DNA of 64,000 nt from a virus. Positions 42,823 to 50,933 of this stretch are shown piece after piece. The notes under the pieces were generated by a model that was not told the origin of the DNA, made no database searches, and saw only the letters and a program-made list of their open reading frames with translations. How positions within the stretch are numbered: position 1 is the stretch's first letter; each line of letters opens with the position of its first letter. Location: IMG/VR virus record IMGVR_UViG_2856349417_000002, positions 1-64,000 of that record. The stretch is one strand, 5' to 3'. The translations under genes were made by a program, and so were the position numbers.

Positions 42823-43664
42823 GCCGCCTCCCCGCTGCAATGAAGGCCGCACTCGACGTCGTGTTCCATGCTGTCGTCTAGGCTGTCGGCAAGAGCCTCC
42901 CAGAGCATGGGCGTGAGGCGAACCTGCTCGACGAGGTCGGCAACGCTATCCCGCTTGTCGAACTGGGCGCCGATCCGATTCTCTTCGTCCAACCACCAGG
43001 TCTGTACGCCTGGATGGTCGCGAATGATGCGTTTCCGAATACCCTTTCCCTTCTGAAAGCAGAGATCGCAATTTCCCTCCCAAGGCTCCAGGTCGAGGAA
43101 AAATGGTTGGTGCTCCCAAAAGGCAGACACATCGGATTTCCTGATCTTGGCCCTGGAAAGCGGGTAGGACATGCGGCGGCCGTCTTTCGCAGCGCGATCG
43201 AGGCCGCGAAATATCCGCATGCCTTCGTCATAGCGAAGGCCCACGATTTCCTCGTAAGAGCCGGGCTCCAGCCCGAGCAGGTGACGCATGAGTGCGAATA
43301 TCGGGCGGACCTTGAGATATTCCGTGCACCAGCGCTCCGCGCCGTTGGGAAGGCGCTGCTTTTTGCTGATCAACTCATGGAAAGGTTCGCCGTCGCGGCT
43401 CGCAGAGTTGAGGCCTACGCGCTCATAGCCGATGCCGCTGTTGCGCCATTCGATCCAGTATATTTCGACGCCCCAGCGCGAGCCGCACTCGTGCACGAAG
43501 CGAAGCGTTTCCTCGCGTTCCTTGCCGGTGTTGGCAAAGGCCACGACGACATTATCTGGAAGCTTGCCGCCGTGCGCATGGACGATCTGGTGCAGCATGA
43601 ATGCCGAAGTCCGCCCGCCGGAGAACGAGATCAGAGCCGGCCCTTCGATCAGATACGGGTTCAA
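42819..43664 (-). CDS. PP-loop ATP pyrophosphatase of the PAPS-reductase family (281 aa)
   Basis: Contains SFSGGRTS (PP-loop), ERWCTEYLKVRP and GLRYDEG, plus C-terminal Cys pairs CDLC and ECGLHC. TTG start follows GGGAG and overlaps the upstream stop (TTGA). Confidence 0.85.
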   Translation of the reverse strand: MNPYLIEGPALISFSGGRTSAFMLHQIVHAHGGKLPDNVVVAFANTGKEREETLRFVHECGSRWGVEIYWIEWRNSGIGYERVGLNSASRDGEPFHELISKKQRLPNGAERWCTEYLKVRPIFALMRHLLGLEPGSYEEIVGLRYDEGMRIFRGLDRAAKDGRRMSYPLSRAKIRKSDVSAFWEHQPFFLDLEPWEGNCDLCFQKGKGIRKRIIRDHPGVQTWWLDEENRIGAQFDKRDSVADLVEQVRLTPMLWEALADSLDDSMEHDVECGLHCSGEAA

Positions 43665-43903
43665 CGCATCATCTCCCGCAGGATCCGCCGCACATCGGCG
43701 AGCTTCATGTAGATCGAATTGTCAGAGCACCGAGGCGAGCAGGAAACCGCCGTGGTGCGGGTCTTGCCGGAAAGTGAGATGACGAGCTTGCCGTGCGGAC
43801 CGCGCCCGCGCTCGAGCCGGCACGTGCCGCCGGCCGCCTCGACGATCTCCTTCGCCTCGCCGATCAGATCGCGGTGGAACTTGCGGCTGATCGCGCCCAT
43901 CAC
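43661..43903 (-). CDS. Small protein with weak HicA/YcfA-like pattern (80 aa)
   Basis: Contains GGTCRLERGRGPHGKLVISLSGK...VRRILREM. GTG at 43903 overlaps the methyltransferase stop (GTGA). Confidence 0.5.
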   Translation of the reverse strand: MMGAISRKFHRDLIGEAKEIVEAAGGTCRLERGRGPHGKLVISLSGKTRTTAVSCSPRCSDNSIYMKLADVRRILREMMR

Positions 43904-44985
43904 TGGAAATCCTTCCAGTCGATGCGGTTGAGAACGGTCGGACCGGCATAGAGGCCGGCTTCATTCTGCTCCCATATGAACCAGGCGGTGTTCATGCGGC
44001 TGGTCGCTTCGTTGCCGTCCCAGCCGTCGCGATGCATCATCGGCAGGCGACGGGTGAAGACGTGGACTCTCGCCGGCTTGCACTCGTCCATGGCGTAGTT
44101 GCGGTCCGGATCGTCGAAGCCGCAGAGGAAATTGAGGTTGAGCAGCAGCGCCATCTTGCGTGGCCTGTGCACGCGTAGCGCATGCGCGACAAAGGCGTTG
44201 AGCGCCTGGCCATAGGGCGGATTGGTGGCGATGTCGGCGCCGACGAGCCACGGCTCAGCCGTCAGAAAATCGCTGACGCGCTGGACCTCGCCGAACTGCG
44301 TGGTGGTTCCGTAGTCGACCAGGTCGGCGATCTCTACCTCATAGCCGGCGTCCTCCATGAGCTTCGACATCGCGCCCTTGCCGCAGGCCGGCTCCTTCAC
44401 GATGTTCGAGAAGCTTTCTAGCGCCAACAGGGTGCGCGTCGCTTCCAGCGGCGTCTCATAGAGGTTGTTGCCGCGCTCGGCTGCGCTGGCGCTATCGGTG
44501 CCGATTGCGGCGCGAAGGTTCGCCCGCGTCGGTTCGAGCCCTTCCTCGAGGCGAACCGCGATGGCGCGCTCGACGATGCCAGGCTTTTTCCGTTCCGCCT
44601 CGGCGAGCTGGCGCGCCTCATGGATCTGCTTGGCTGAAAGGCCGGCTTCCGCCTGAGTGAAAGTCTTCCCGTCTGGAATAGTTTTCGGTCGCCCCTTCGA
44701 AGCTTCGCCATTCCGCTGTGCCGCATCATATTCATCGGCGAGCCGGATCTTGGCCTTTGCCTCGATCAGGAGTGCTTCACCCTGCATCCGGCGCGATTTG
44801 TTGATGAGTTGCTCGCCAGCACGGAAGCGGGCCGCATAGGTGGCGGCTGACTTTGCCTGGTCATAAGCCATGGCGGCCAGCAGATGCGCCGCCTGGATAT
44901 CGCCGTCATCGAAAAGCGCTCGAGCGCGCTCCACGACCTGGGCAATGCTGGAGGTGTCGAGAGTGGCGACCTCGTTCATGCTCAC
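43900..44985 (-). CDS. DNA N6-adenine methyltransferase (361 aa)
   Basis: Contains YETP, EPACGKG (AdoMet motif I) and ATNPPYG (motif IV). Long helical N-terminal region. Confidence 0.85.
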   Translation of the reverse strand: MSMNEVATLDTSSIAQVVERARALFDDGDIQAAHLLAAMAYDQAKSAATYAARFRAGEQLINKSRRMQGEALLIEAKAKIRLADEYDAAQRNGEASKGRPKTIPDGKTFTQAEAGLSAKQIHEARQLAEAERKKPGIVERAIAVRLEEGLEPTRANLRAAIGTDSASAAERGNNLYETPLEATRTLLALESFSNIVKEPACGKGAMSKLMEDAGYEVEIADLVDYGTTTQFGEVQRVSDFLTAEPWLVGADIATNPPYGQALNAFVAHALRVHRPRKMALLLNLNFLCGFDDPDRNYAMDECKPARVHVFTRRLPMMHRDGWDGNEATSRMNTAWFIWEQNEAGLYAGPTVLNRIDWKDFQ

Positions 44986-45320
44986 ACTGCTCCCGGCTTC
45001 GGGAAAAAGCAGAAGCGGTACGCGCCCTCGTTCGAAAGGCAGATGTGGTAGGAGTTGTCGATCGGCTGGCGCCGGGCGCTATAGGGAACGATCCCCGAAT
45101 AGCCATGCGTCTTGAGCCTCGGGTGTGCGCCGGCCGGGAGGTTGACGTGGTAGCCGTCCGGCTCCTCGGTGACGTAGCGATCGTCGATCGGGGCGCAATC
45201 GCCCGTGGGCGAGGTTGCAGCGCTGTTGCAGCATTCTGGCGGGTAGCTGACGCCGCTCGGCGCGTGGTGCGCACTGGCGGCCGCCGTCGAAAGCAGCAGG
45301 ATGAGAACCGCGCCCCTCAT
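44982..45320 (-). CDS. Secreted Cys-rich protein (112 aa)
   Basis: Signal peptide MRGAVLILLLSTAAASA/HH. ATG at 45320 overlaps the upstream stop (ATGA). Confidence 0.6.
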   Translation of the reverse strand: MRGAVLILLLSTAAASAHHAPSGVSYPPECCNSAATSPTGDCAPIDDRYVTEEPDGYHVNLPAGAHPRLKTHGYSGIVPYSARRQPIDNSYHICLSNEGAYRFCFFPKPGAV

Positions 45321-45676
45321 GGCTTTTGGTCCAGCGCAGCGAGCGCGGCGCGGCACGACGCGGAAAGGCGCTGATCGGCAGCGATGTCCTTCTCGGCCCG
45401 GGCGAGCTCCTCGGCCCGTCGTGCGTCGAGCGCTGCGATCTCATCCTGGTGCCGCTTCAGCTCGGCGGCGCGGTCCGCCTCGATCTTGTCGAGGTTCTCC
45501 CGAAGCAGCTTCTGCGCATCTGCGGCGCGCTGATCGTATTTGGCGATGGCCTTGCGATGGGCCGCAGAGAGGCGCTCAAGCTCCGTTTCGGGCTTCAATG
45601 GTGCGAATGGCACCACATTGTTGAGCGAGGCGTTGAGATGCTCGGCGATGTCCTTCAATGCGGCGGCGTCATCCAT
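45317..45676 (-). CDS. Coiled-coil protein (119 aa)
   Basis: Track ORF. Confidence 0.6.
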   Translation of the reverse strand: MDDAAALKDIAEHLNASLNNVVPFAPLKPETELERLSAAHRKAIAKYDQRAADAQKLLRENLDKIEADRAAELKRHQDEIAALDARRAEELARAEKDIAADQRLSASCRAALAALDQKP

Positions 45677-46187
45677 TCCTGGTCGGTCCTTTGCTTGGTG
45701 CAGATTGGGAGGCGGGTATCGCGAGCACGCGGTAGAGCGTCGGCTTGCCCTTTTGGCCTTCGCGGACGATCTCGACCGAGCCGGCCTCGATCATCTGGTC
45801 GAGATATTTCAGCAGGGTCGGAATCGAGGTTTGCGCGAGCTGCGCCAGTCGCGGCTGAGCCAGACTTGAAAGGCCATCGGCGCGCCTGACGTCGTCGAGC
45901 GCCGCCATGATGCGCTCGACCGGGCCGCGCTTCTTGATGCGCACCGCCTGCGATGGGGTGAGGCGCGTGACGATTGCCGGCTCTGAGGCGGTGACAAAAC
46001 CGCTGGGCGGCGCCAAAATCGGGTCCGCCGCATCCCCGGCCAACTCTTCCCCGGTGATGCTCTCGAAATGCCGCTGGACGTAGGCCGTCGGCGAGAGATT
46101 GCAGGCCTTCGCCAGCTTCTCGATCGCGCGATTGGTGTCGCGGTCGCACTTGACGGTGAAGCGATAAAGGAGCGCGCTCTCGTCCAC
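45669..46187 (-). CDS. DNA-binding protein: RHH-like N-terminus + winged-helix C-terminus (172 aa)
   Basis: GTG at 46187 lies just after the upstream stop. Contains YRFTVKCDRDTNRAIEKLAKACNLSPTAYVQRHF and IPTLLKYLDQMIEAGSVEIVREGQKGKPTLYRVL. Confidence 0.6.
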   Translation of the reverse strand: MDESALLYRFTVKCDRDTNRAIEKLAKACNLSPTAYVQRHFESITGEELAGDAADPILAPPSGFVTASEPAIVTRLTPSQAVRIKKRGPVERIMAALDDVRRADGLSSLAQPRLAQLAQTSIPTLLKYLDQMIEAGSVEIVREGQKGKPTLYRVLAIPASQSAPSKGPTRNG

Positions 46188-46189
46188 GT

Positions 46190-46621
46190 TCAGAAAACCC
46201 CCTTGGCGAAGCGGTCGGCTTCCTCGTTGGCATGGTTGCGCAGCCGCGCGACCAGTTCCTGGTGCGTCCAGAGCCGGGCCTTCAGCGTCATCTGCTGGGC
46301 CACGATCAGCTGATCGAGCAGATCGAGCGGCGCCATGTACCAGTGGTTGCCGAGCGATTTGCCGATGTCGGTGAGGAAGCGCTCGACGCCGACGACGATG
46401 GTGCGCGCCACTGCGAAGCCTGGCGTCCACAGCACGCGCTCGAACTGGAGCGCCTGCCATGTGCCGGGCTGCAGCTGGGAGAGATGCGCCTCGACGTTCT
46501 CGGCCGTGGCGAGGCGGAACACCGCTGGATCCGTCACCATGCTGACGGCGCAGATGGCGCAGTAGCCGATGCTCTTACGCCTGATCCGCAGATCCTTCGG
46601 GGTGCTGATGTCAATTGGCAT
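46190..46621 (-). CDS. Hypothetical protein, weak GIY-YIG/T5orf172-like pattern (143 aa)
   Basis: Internal ATG at 46621 (MPIDISTPKDL...). Contains IGYCAICAV...FRLATAENVEAHLSQLQ. Confidence 0.5.
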   Translation of the reverse strand: MPIDISTPKDLRIRRKSIGYCAICAVSMVTDPAVFRLATAENVEAHLSQLQPGTWQALQFERVLWTPGFAVARTIVVGVERFLTDIGKSLGNHWYMAPLDLLDQLIVAQQMTLKARLWTHQELVARLRNHANEEADRFAKGVF

Positions 46622-46796
46622 CGGCGACGGCCGACCGCCTGGCGAACGCAAGCGGCGAGACGGTGGAAGCCATCTGATAACGGAGCCAGGCCAGAGGCCC
46701 CTGGCGCATCTCGTTCATGAGGTTTTCCGCAACGATCCGGCGCACCTTCGCTTCAGCGATCTGGCGGCGTATCGTCTCTGCCTGAGGGTCATCCAT
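46611..46796 (-). CDS. Possible 61-aa protein
   Basis: ATG at 46796 (MDDPQAETIRRQIAEAK...) overlaps both neighbours by 8 and 11 nt. Confidence 0.4.
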   Translation of the reverse strand: MDDPQAETIRRQIAEAKVRRIVAENLMNEMRQGPLAWLRYQMASTVSPLAFARRSAVADAN

Positions 46797-47493
46797 TTGC
46801 CTGCTCCTGTTGCTCTTCCGCCTTCTCGCGCCGGCGGCGGGCTTCCTCGCGCTTGCGAGCCTTTTTTCGTTCCTCGATTTCTCTGACGGTGAGGCGCCGG
46901 AACGAACGGCTGGTGCGGACCAGGCCGAACTGCTTTTCAATGCCCTTGAGGATTTGCCCCAACACGAGCTGCTTGAGGTCGTGCATGGCCCTTCGATCGA
47001 AATCGATGCGATGCCGGTCCCAGATCCTGCCGCACTGCTCGAGCGAGAGCCCGGCGGCGCGCGCCATCACTGTGCGCTTCATGCGAAGCACGTCCTTGCC
47101 GGCGCGCCCCGCGATGACGAAGCGCATCAGGTCAAAGACGTCGACCATGCGCTCGATCGCCTGCTCGCTGGGCACCGACTTGACCGAGGTGCGATCGTAT
47201 TGCGGCATGCCGGCTTGCAGCCTCGCGACTTCGCGAGCGTAGGCGAGGTCGGCTGTGTCGCGCGTTCCAGGCATTACCGTGCCGACATGCGAGACCATAC
47301 GCAGATCATCGCGCGGCACGTTGCTGGCCGTTTCCATCGCATCGGAGAGAAGCAGCCACAGAAGATCGCGCGGCGACGGCAGTCCGTGCTTGCTGACGTT
47401 GAAGAACAGGAACTCGGCGTGGCGAAGGTGCTCGACGAGGCGGTCGATCCGCTTCTCGAGTTCCTTTGGCGTGTCGAGAAAAAGCTTGGTCAA
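46789..47493 (-). CDS. Hypothetical early protein (234 aa)
   Basis: Track ORF. TTG start overlaps the replication gene stop (TTGA). Basic C-terminal tail. Confidence 0.65.
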   Translation of the reverse strand: MTKLFLDTPKELEKRIDRLVEHLRHAEFLFFNVSKHGLPSPRDLLWLLLSDAMETASNVPRDDLRMVSHVGTVMPGTRDTADLAYAREVARLQAGMPQYDRTSVKSVPSEQAIERMVDVFDLMRFVIAGRAGKDVLRMKRTVMARAAGLSLEQCGRIWDRHRIDFDRRAMHDLKQLVLGQILKGIEKQFGLVRTSRSFRRLTVREIEERKKARKREEARRRREKAEEQQEQANG

Positions 47494-48464
47494 AGCAGCG
47501 AACCCCCAGCTGATCGCGAATCAGCAACCGATCCCGTTGCCGATGGTGCCAAATTGGTTACACGGCTGGCAAGCGGAAGATCTGCCGGCCACCGTGTTTT
47601 TGCGAGGACCAATTCGTCGGCCTCGCACTTGGCCGCCTTCGCCTCGCCGTGCTTAGCCCTGATGCACTCCAACCAAGGGCTCCATTCTGCCCGCCTCGGA
47701 TGAATGCGGTAATACCCGGCATGGTCCAACTCCGGGGCGCCGTAGACGATTTCGAACATCTGCGCCGATAGGTAAACTGAGAGCCTGGGAATTCGCTCTT
47801 TGCGGAGCCTGCAGTGCCGGAGGAATGCCGAGACGCAGTCGACTGCTCGCTGCCTCTTTTCAGGCGACAGGCTCACCAGTTCTCGCTCAGCCACATCTCG
47901 CTTGCCGAGTTGCTCCAGCGGCCAGGAGGAGACAATTTTATCCAAAAGACCATCTGTCCCCCCCGTGAGGGGGGCTAGGGGGGATTTTTGTTGAATAGGT
48001 TCTTTGTATGTGTCGGATTCTCCGTTAACCGGAAAACCAGTTGACGGATTTTCAGGAAGCGGCAACTCCGGTTCCTTATTATCAGGACGCGGACAGGCCG
48101 CTTCCTGCATATCAGGAGACGGCAGCGGGAGCAGCTGCGGCACAGCATCATCGTGGATGGTGTAGTTGTAGGAGCCGAAGCGCCCCTTGCTATCGGTGGC
48201 TTGCTCGCGGGTCAAATAGCCAGTCGTCTCCAGCTTCTGCAGGATCCGATAGACCTTGTCCCGGCCGATGCCGCCCTGAGTCTGCAAGTTCTTGACGTTG
48301 ACGTTCCAGTCGTGCGGCTTCGCCAGTAGATAGACCAGCACACCACGCTCCTCGAACGTCAGCCGCTCATCGCTTGCGACCTCATTCGGTATGATAGCGA
48401 AGTTATCCCGTCGCTTGCGGGTTACAATCGTCAACGTCGTCTCCCCGGGTGGCTGGAGAGGCAA
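47490..48464 (-). CDS. Replication initiator / replisome-organiser-like protein
   Basis: The N-terminal wHTH FAIIPNEVASDERLTFEERGVLVYLLAKPHDWNVNVKNLQTQGGIGRDKVYRILQKLETTGYL is followed by a Pro/Glu linker and then a C-domain. The start is ambiguous (TTG at 48464 or a downstream TTG). Confidence 0.75.
   Translation of the reverse strand: MPLQPPGETTLTIVTRKRRDNFAIIPNEVASDERLTFEERGVLVYLLAKPHDWNVNVKNLQTQGGIGRDKVYRILQKLETTGYLTREQATDSKGRFGSYNYTIHDDAVPQLLPLPSPDMQEAACPRPDNKEPELPLPENPSTGFPVNGESDTYKEPIQQKSPLAPLTGGTDGLLDKIVSSWPLEQLGKRDVAERELVSLSPEKRQRAVDCVSAFLRHCRLRKERIPRLSVYLSAQMFEIVYGAPELDHAGYYRIHPRRAEWSPWLECIRAKHGEAKAAKCEADELVLAKTRWPADLPLASRVTNLAPSATGSVADSRSAGGSLL
47545..47561. promoter_or_regulatory. 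Operator-like palindrome GGTGCCA-aat-TGGTTAC inside the replication gene 3' end
   Basis: Read directly. Encodes VTNLAP on the minus strand. Confidence 0.4.
47958..48140. repeat. Candidate origin inside the initiator gene: C7/G6/G6 tracts, an AT-rich block, and three 12-nt cores spaced exactly 30 bp
   Basis: C7 at 47958-47964 with G6 at 47969-47974 and 47978-47983. AT-rich segment at 47984-48015. The cores (A/T)TCAGGAnnCGG start at 48051, 48081 and 48111. Units 1 and 2 match at 21 of 30 positions. Confidence 0.4.
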
Positions 48465-48499
48465 CCCCTACTCGGTACAGATGGTGATGCCTGAGAAAA

Positions 48500-48715
48500 T
48501 CAGTTTGACATTCGGCCGTTCCGCACGGCCTCGATTGTGGCGGTGAGAATAGCGATGGTGCGCTCGACGCCCATCGCCTGCTCAAGAAAGACCGTGGACG
48601 CGACTATACTCGCGGTTGCGTCATCAACAGCGCTTTGCCTGCCGATAATATTAGCCCGATCGAAGAGATGCGCGGCCCCTTCAATTGAGCGCGTCCTCGC
48701 CCCCCTGGCGTCCAT
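48500..48715 (-). CDS. Hypothetical protein (71 aa)
   Basis: Internal ATG at 48715 lies 7 nt after GGGGGAG, in the frame of track ORF 48500-48832. Confidence 0.5.
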   Translation of the reverse strand: MDARGARTRSIEGAAHLFDRANIIGRQSAVDDATASIVASTVFLEQAMGVERTIAILTATIEAVRNGRMSN

Positions 48716-48852
48716 TTCACACTCCCCCTGGGCTTTTCCGCAAAAAACGTGAGGCCATCGCAACATTGGCCTCACGCCATCATCTCGTTCTGGACAAAGT
48801 CGCCACAAGCAAGCAAAGCTTTGCCGCGCCATTAACTTCGGTTAACGGACGG

Positions 48853-49161
48853 TTATTGCCTGCGCGTCGCGGCGGCCATCAAATTGGAAAGTGGGTCAAC
48901 CGCCTGGACGGTATGCGACCCGCACGCGGTACGCTGCTGCACTAATCGGTTGTAGCGGCCGAGCAGGTCGAAGACCGGCTCCGAGCGCCAGTTCTCGGCC
49001 AATCCATACCAGGCCTGGCGAACACGCCAGTTGCCGCGGGAATAGCCGAGGTTCTCGCAGGCCCGGTTGATCTGGGCCTTCACTGTCATGCCGGGCACAA
49101 TCTCGCCGGCTGCGTCTTTGACCAGACGCTCTAGTTCCTCAGCAATGGCATGCTGCGTCAT
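48853..49161 (-). CDS. Hypothetical early protein (102 aa)
   Basis: ATG at 49161 lies 4 nt after GAGGGA. This is the C-terminal part of track ORF 48853-49650. Confidence 0.6.
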   Translation of the reverse strand: MTQHAIAEELERLVKDAAGEIVPGMTVKAQINRACENLGYSRGNWRVRQAWYGLAENWRSEPVFDLLGRYNRLVQQRTACGSHTVQAVDPLSNLMAAATRRQ

Positions 49162-49390
49162 CAATCCCTCACGAACAACAGGAGAAGGGGGGACGGCTTG
49201 TCGTGGATTCAGAACGACCTGTGAGACACCTCGACCTTTTTCGGTGCCATCGTTGCCGCCGTTACCTGGAGGCTGCAGATGGCTATCGACGATGACAACT
49301 GGGAACCCTTGAGTGTTGTGGCGACACGGGTTCTTCAGCGGACGTTGGGGCGCGCTGAGCGCCGGGCGGAAAGGTTTTGCGTGGCCCGGA

Positions 49391-49633
49391 TCAAGCGGCA
49401 GTCGGTCGTGTCGAAACGACATCCGCAGCCTCCTTCCCGAGCCAGGCATTGGCGGTGACGGCGCCGTCGGTCTCGACGACGATCCTTTCAAGGATGGTCC
49501 GCTTCGGCATGCGGCCGTTCTCATAGCGCCAGAGGACCTGGCGCGCGATGCCGATCTTGGCGGCGAAGGCCGAGCGCGGAGGCGCGTTCGGCCTGTCAAG
49601 CCATGCCGTGAGTTGATGAACCGCTGTTTCCAT
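49391..49633 (-). CDS. Cro-like HTH regulator (80 aa)
   Basis: Contains SAFAAKIGIARQVLWRYENGRMPKRTILERI. Divergent from the CI-like gene, with two operators between them. Confidence 0.7.
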   Translation of the reverse strand: METAVHQLTAWLDRPNAPPRSAFAAKIGIARQVLWRYENGRMPKRTILERIVVETDGAVTANAWLGKEAADVVSTRPTAA

Positions 49634-49645
49634 GTCACAAGAGAT

Positions 49646-49692
49646 GTCACCTGAATGGTTACTCGTCAAGCCTTTGTAACCAATTTGGCGCA
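49646..49692. promoter_or_regulatory. Two operators in the cI/cro divergent region
   Basis: GTCACCT-gaa-TGGTTAC (49646-49662) and GTAACCA-att-TGGCGCA (49676-49692), 30 bp centre to centre. Confidence 0.6.
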
Positions 49693-49759
49693 ATTCCGTT
49701 GTGGACGTTCTTCGGCTACGCCAATGAAGACCATCCTGGGGGAAATCGTTGGCGTCCGC

Positions 49760-50365
49760 ATGACTGACATGAAAAACGGCATCAGACTGTTCCGCGAGCG
49801 CAAGAAGATGAGCATCTCGGAGCTTGCTCGCCGCGTCGGCCTCACGCGCCAGCACATGGGCCGGCTGGAGAGCTCCAAGCGCAAACTTACCAGCGAATGG
49901 GCCGTCCGCATCGCGCCCCACCTGGAGACGACACCCCAAGAGCTGATCTTCCCGAACATCGCAAAGGCCGATCTAAATCGGTTCCAAAGCGTGTTTGAGA
50001 TCGCTGGCGGGGATGGCGCACTTCCATCCGAACCAAGTATTTCGATCCAGCAGGATCTTCTGGCGCACCTCATGCCGGGCGCGACGAGCCACAAACTGCA
50101 GCTCGTCATCGTCGACAGCGACGACATGAACCAGCATCTGCGCCGTGGCGACGCGGTCATCCTCGACCTGGACGCCAAGACTCCGACGCGACCCGGGCTT
50201 TACGCGATGCGAATCGCCGGCGAGCTCCAGTTGCGGTTCCTGTCGCCGACAACCGCTGGAACGATTCTGGTTCGCTCGGACAATCCGAATATTCCCGAGG
50301 AAACGGCAAAACCGGGCGATTTGAGCATCATAGGCCGGGCCCGATTGAAGATTTCCACAATTTAA
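49760..50365 (+). CDS. CI-like repressor: XRE HTH + S24 (LexA/CI) C-terminal-like domain
   Basis: Contains IRLFRERKKMSISELARRVGLTRQHMGRLESSKRKLT and then ...LVIVDSDDMNQHLRRGDAVILDL...ILVRSDNPNIP...IIGRA. The start is ambiguous (ATG at 49724, 49760 or 49769; no RBS, possibly leaderless). Confidence 0.8.
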   Translation: MTDMKNGIRLFRERKKMSISELARRVGLTRQHMGRLESSKRKLTSEWAVRIAPHLETTPQELIFPNIAKADLNRFQSVFEIAGGDGALPSEPSISIQQDLLAHLMPGATSHKLQLVIVDSDDMNQHLRRGDAVILDLDAKTPTRPGLYAMRIAGELQLRFLSPTTAGTILVRSDNPNIPEETAKPGDLSIIGRARLKISTI

Positions 50366-50386
50366 CGAAGCACAGTAAATAATTTT

Positions 50387-50433
50387 GGTGCCGCTCTGGT
50401 TACGCTATTGCGGACGGTAACCGATATGGTTAC
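50387..50433. promoter_or_regulatory. Two operators downstream of the repressor gene
   Basis: GGTGCCG-ctc-TGGTTAC (50387-50403) and GTAACCG-ata-TGGTTAC (50417-50433), exactly 30 bp apart. Confidence 0.55.
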
Positions 50434-50539
50434 ATTGATCCTGCGCAGATTGATTGACCAGCAAACGCCGCCCGTCCCCGTAGGCGTAAGTCCCAAAACC
50501 CCCTGGTTCAAGCAAATGTTCTGAGTGCTGCGCGGCGTA

Positions 50540-50570
50540 GCCGGCGCGGGTGTCCCCTTCCCGCGTCGGC
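50540..50570 (+). other. 11-bp GC-rich hairpin without a U-tract
   Basis: GCCGGCGCGGG-tgtcccctt-CCCGCGTCGGC with one G.U pair. Lies between the repressor gene and the next operon. Confidence 0.5.
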
Positions 50571-50581
50571 ATGCGTCGAAT

Positions 50582-50607
50582 GGTGCCATTTTGGTTTCAC
50601 GTGAAAC
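50582..50607. promoter_or_regulatory. Operator GGTGCCA-ttt-TGGTTTC overlapping a 14-bp palindrome GTTTCACGTGAAAC
   Basis: Read directly. Lies 15 nt upstream of the ATG at 50622. Confidence 0.5.
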
Positions 50608-50621
50608 AGGATCGGTTGCAA

Positions 50622-50933
50622 ATGTCGGATCAAAACAAGGCTGTCGCCGTGAAGTTCGGTGAGAACGGCCGCTTCTACGACTATCTCAGCGGAGGCTTCA
50701 ATCTCGCCATCGGTGATCGCGTCATGGTCCCCATGCGAGGTGGGGAAATCTCGGTCGAGGTCGTCGAGATCAAGGATCATTCCGAGGTCGCGAAGGTCGC
50801 CGTCGCACGGCGCGACGTCCGCACCGAGGAGCAGCGGGCATCGAAGCATCCGAACGGCGCGCATCGTTATGGGCCGGATGGCACCGAATTCGACGAGGAA
50901 GGCAATACCATCAACGCAGGAGAGCCGGCATGA
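50622..50933 (+). CDS. Hypothetical early protein (103 aa)
   Basis: Internal ATG of track ORF 50550-50933 (MSDQNKAVAVKFGENGRFYDY...). Confidence 0.6.
   Translation: MSDQNKAVAVKFGENGRFYDYLSGGFNLAIGDRVMVPMRGGEISVEVVEIKDHSEVAKVAVARRDVRTEEQRASKHPNGAHRYGPDGTEFDEEGNTINAGEPA

Noticed and set aside
43661-43903. HicA toxin of a HicAB toxin-antitoxin pair
   Set aside because: Only a weak G..H.K-type pattern is present, there is no HicB-like partner adjacent, and the gene is embedded in a coupled operon.
48833-48847. CtrA-like TTAAC...TTAAC box in the intergenic region upstream of 48715
   Set aside because: The spacing is TTAA-N6-TTAAC rather than N7, and there is only a single occurrence.
49760-50365. 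Claim that the CI-like repressor has lost the S24 Ser/Lys dyad (VDSDDM instead of GDSM, LRFL instead of a Lys-containing strand) and is therefore non-cleavable and antirepressor-dependent
   Set aside because: Two by-eye alignments are possible. In one the Ser is retained (the S of VDSDD), and I cannot place the Lys reliably. This needs a proper profile alignment.
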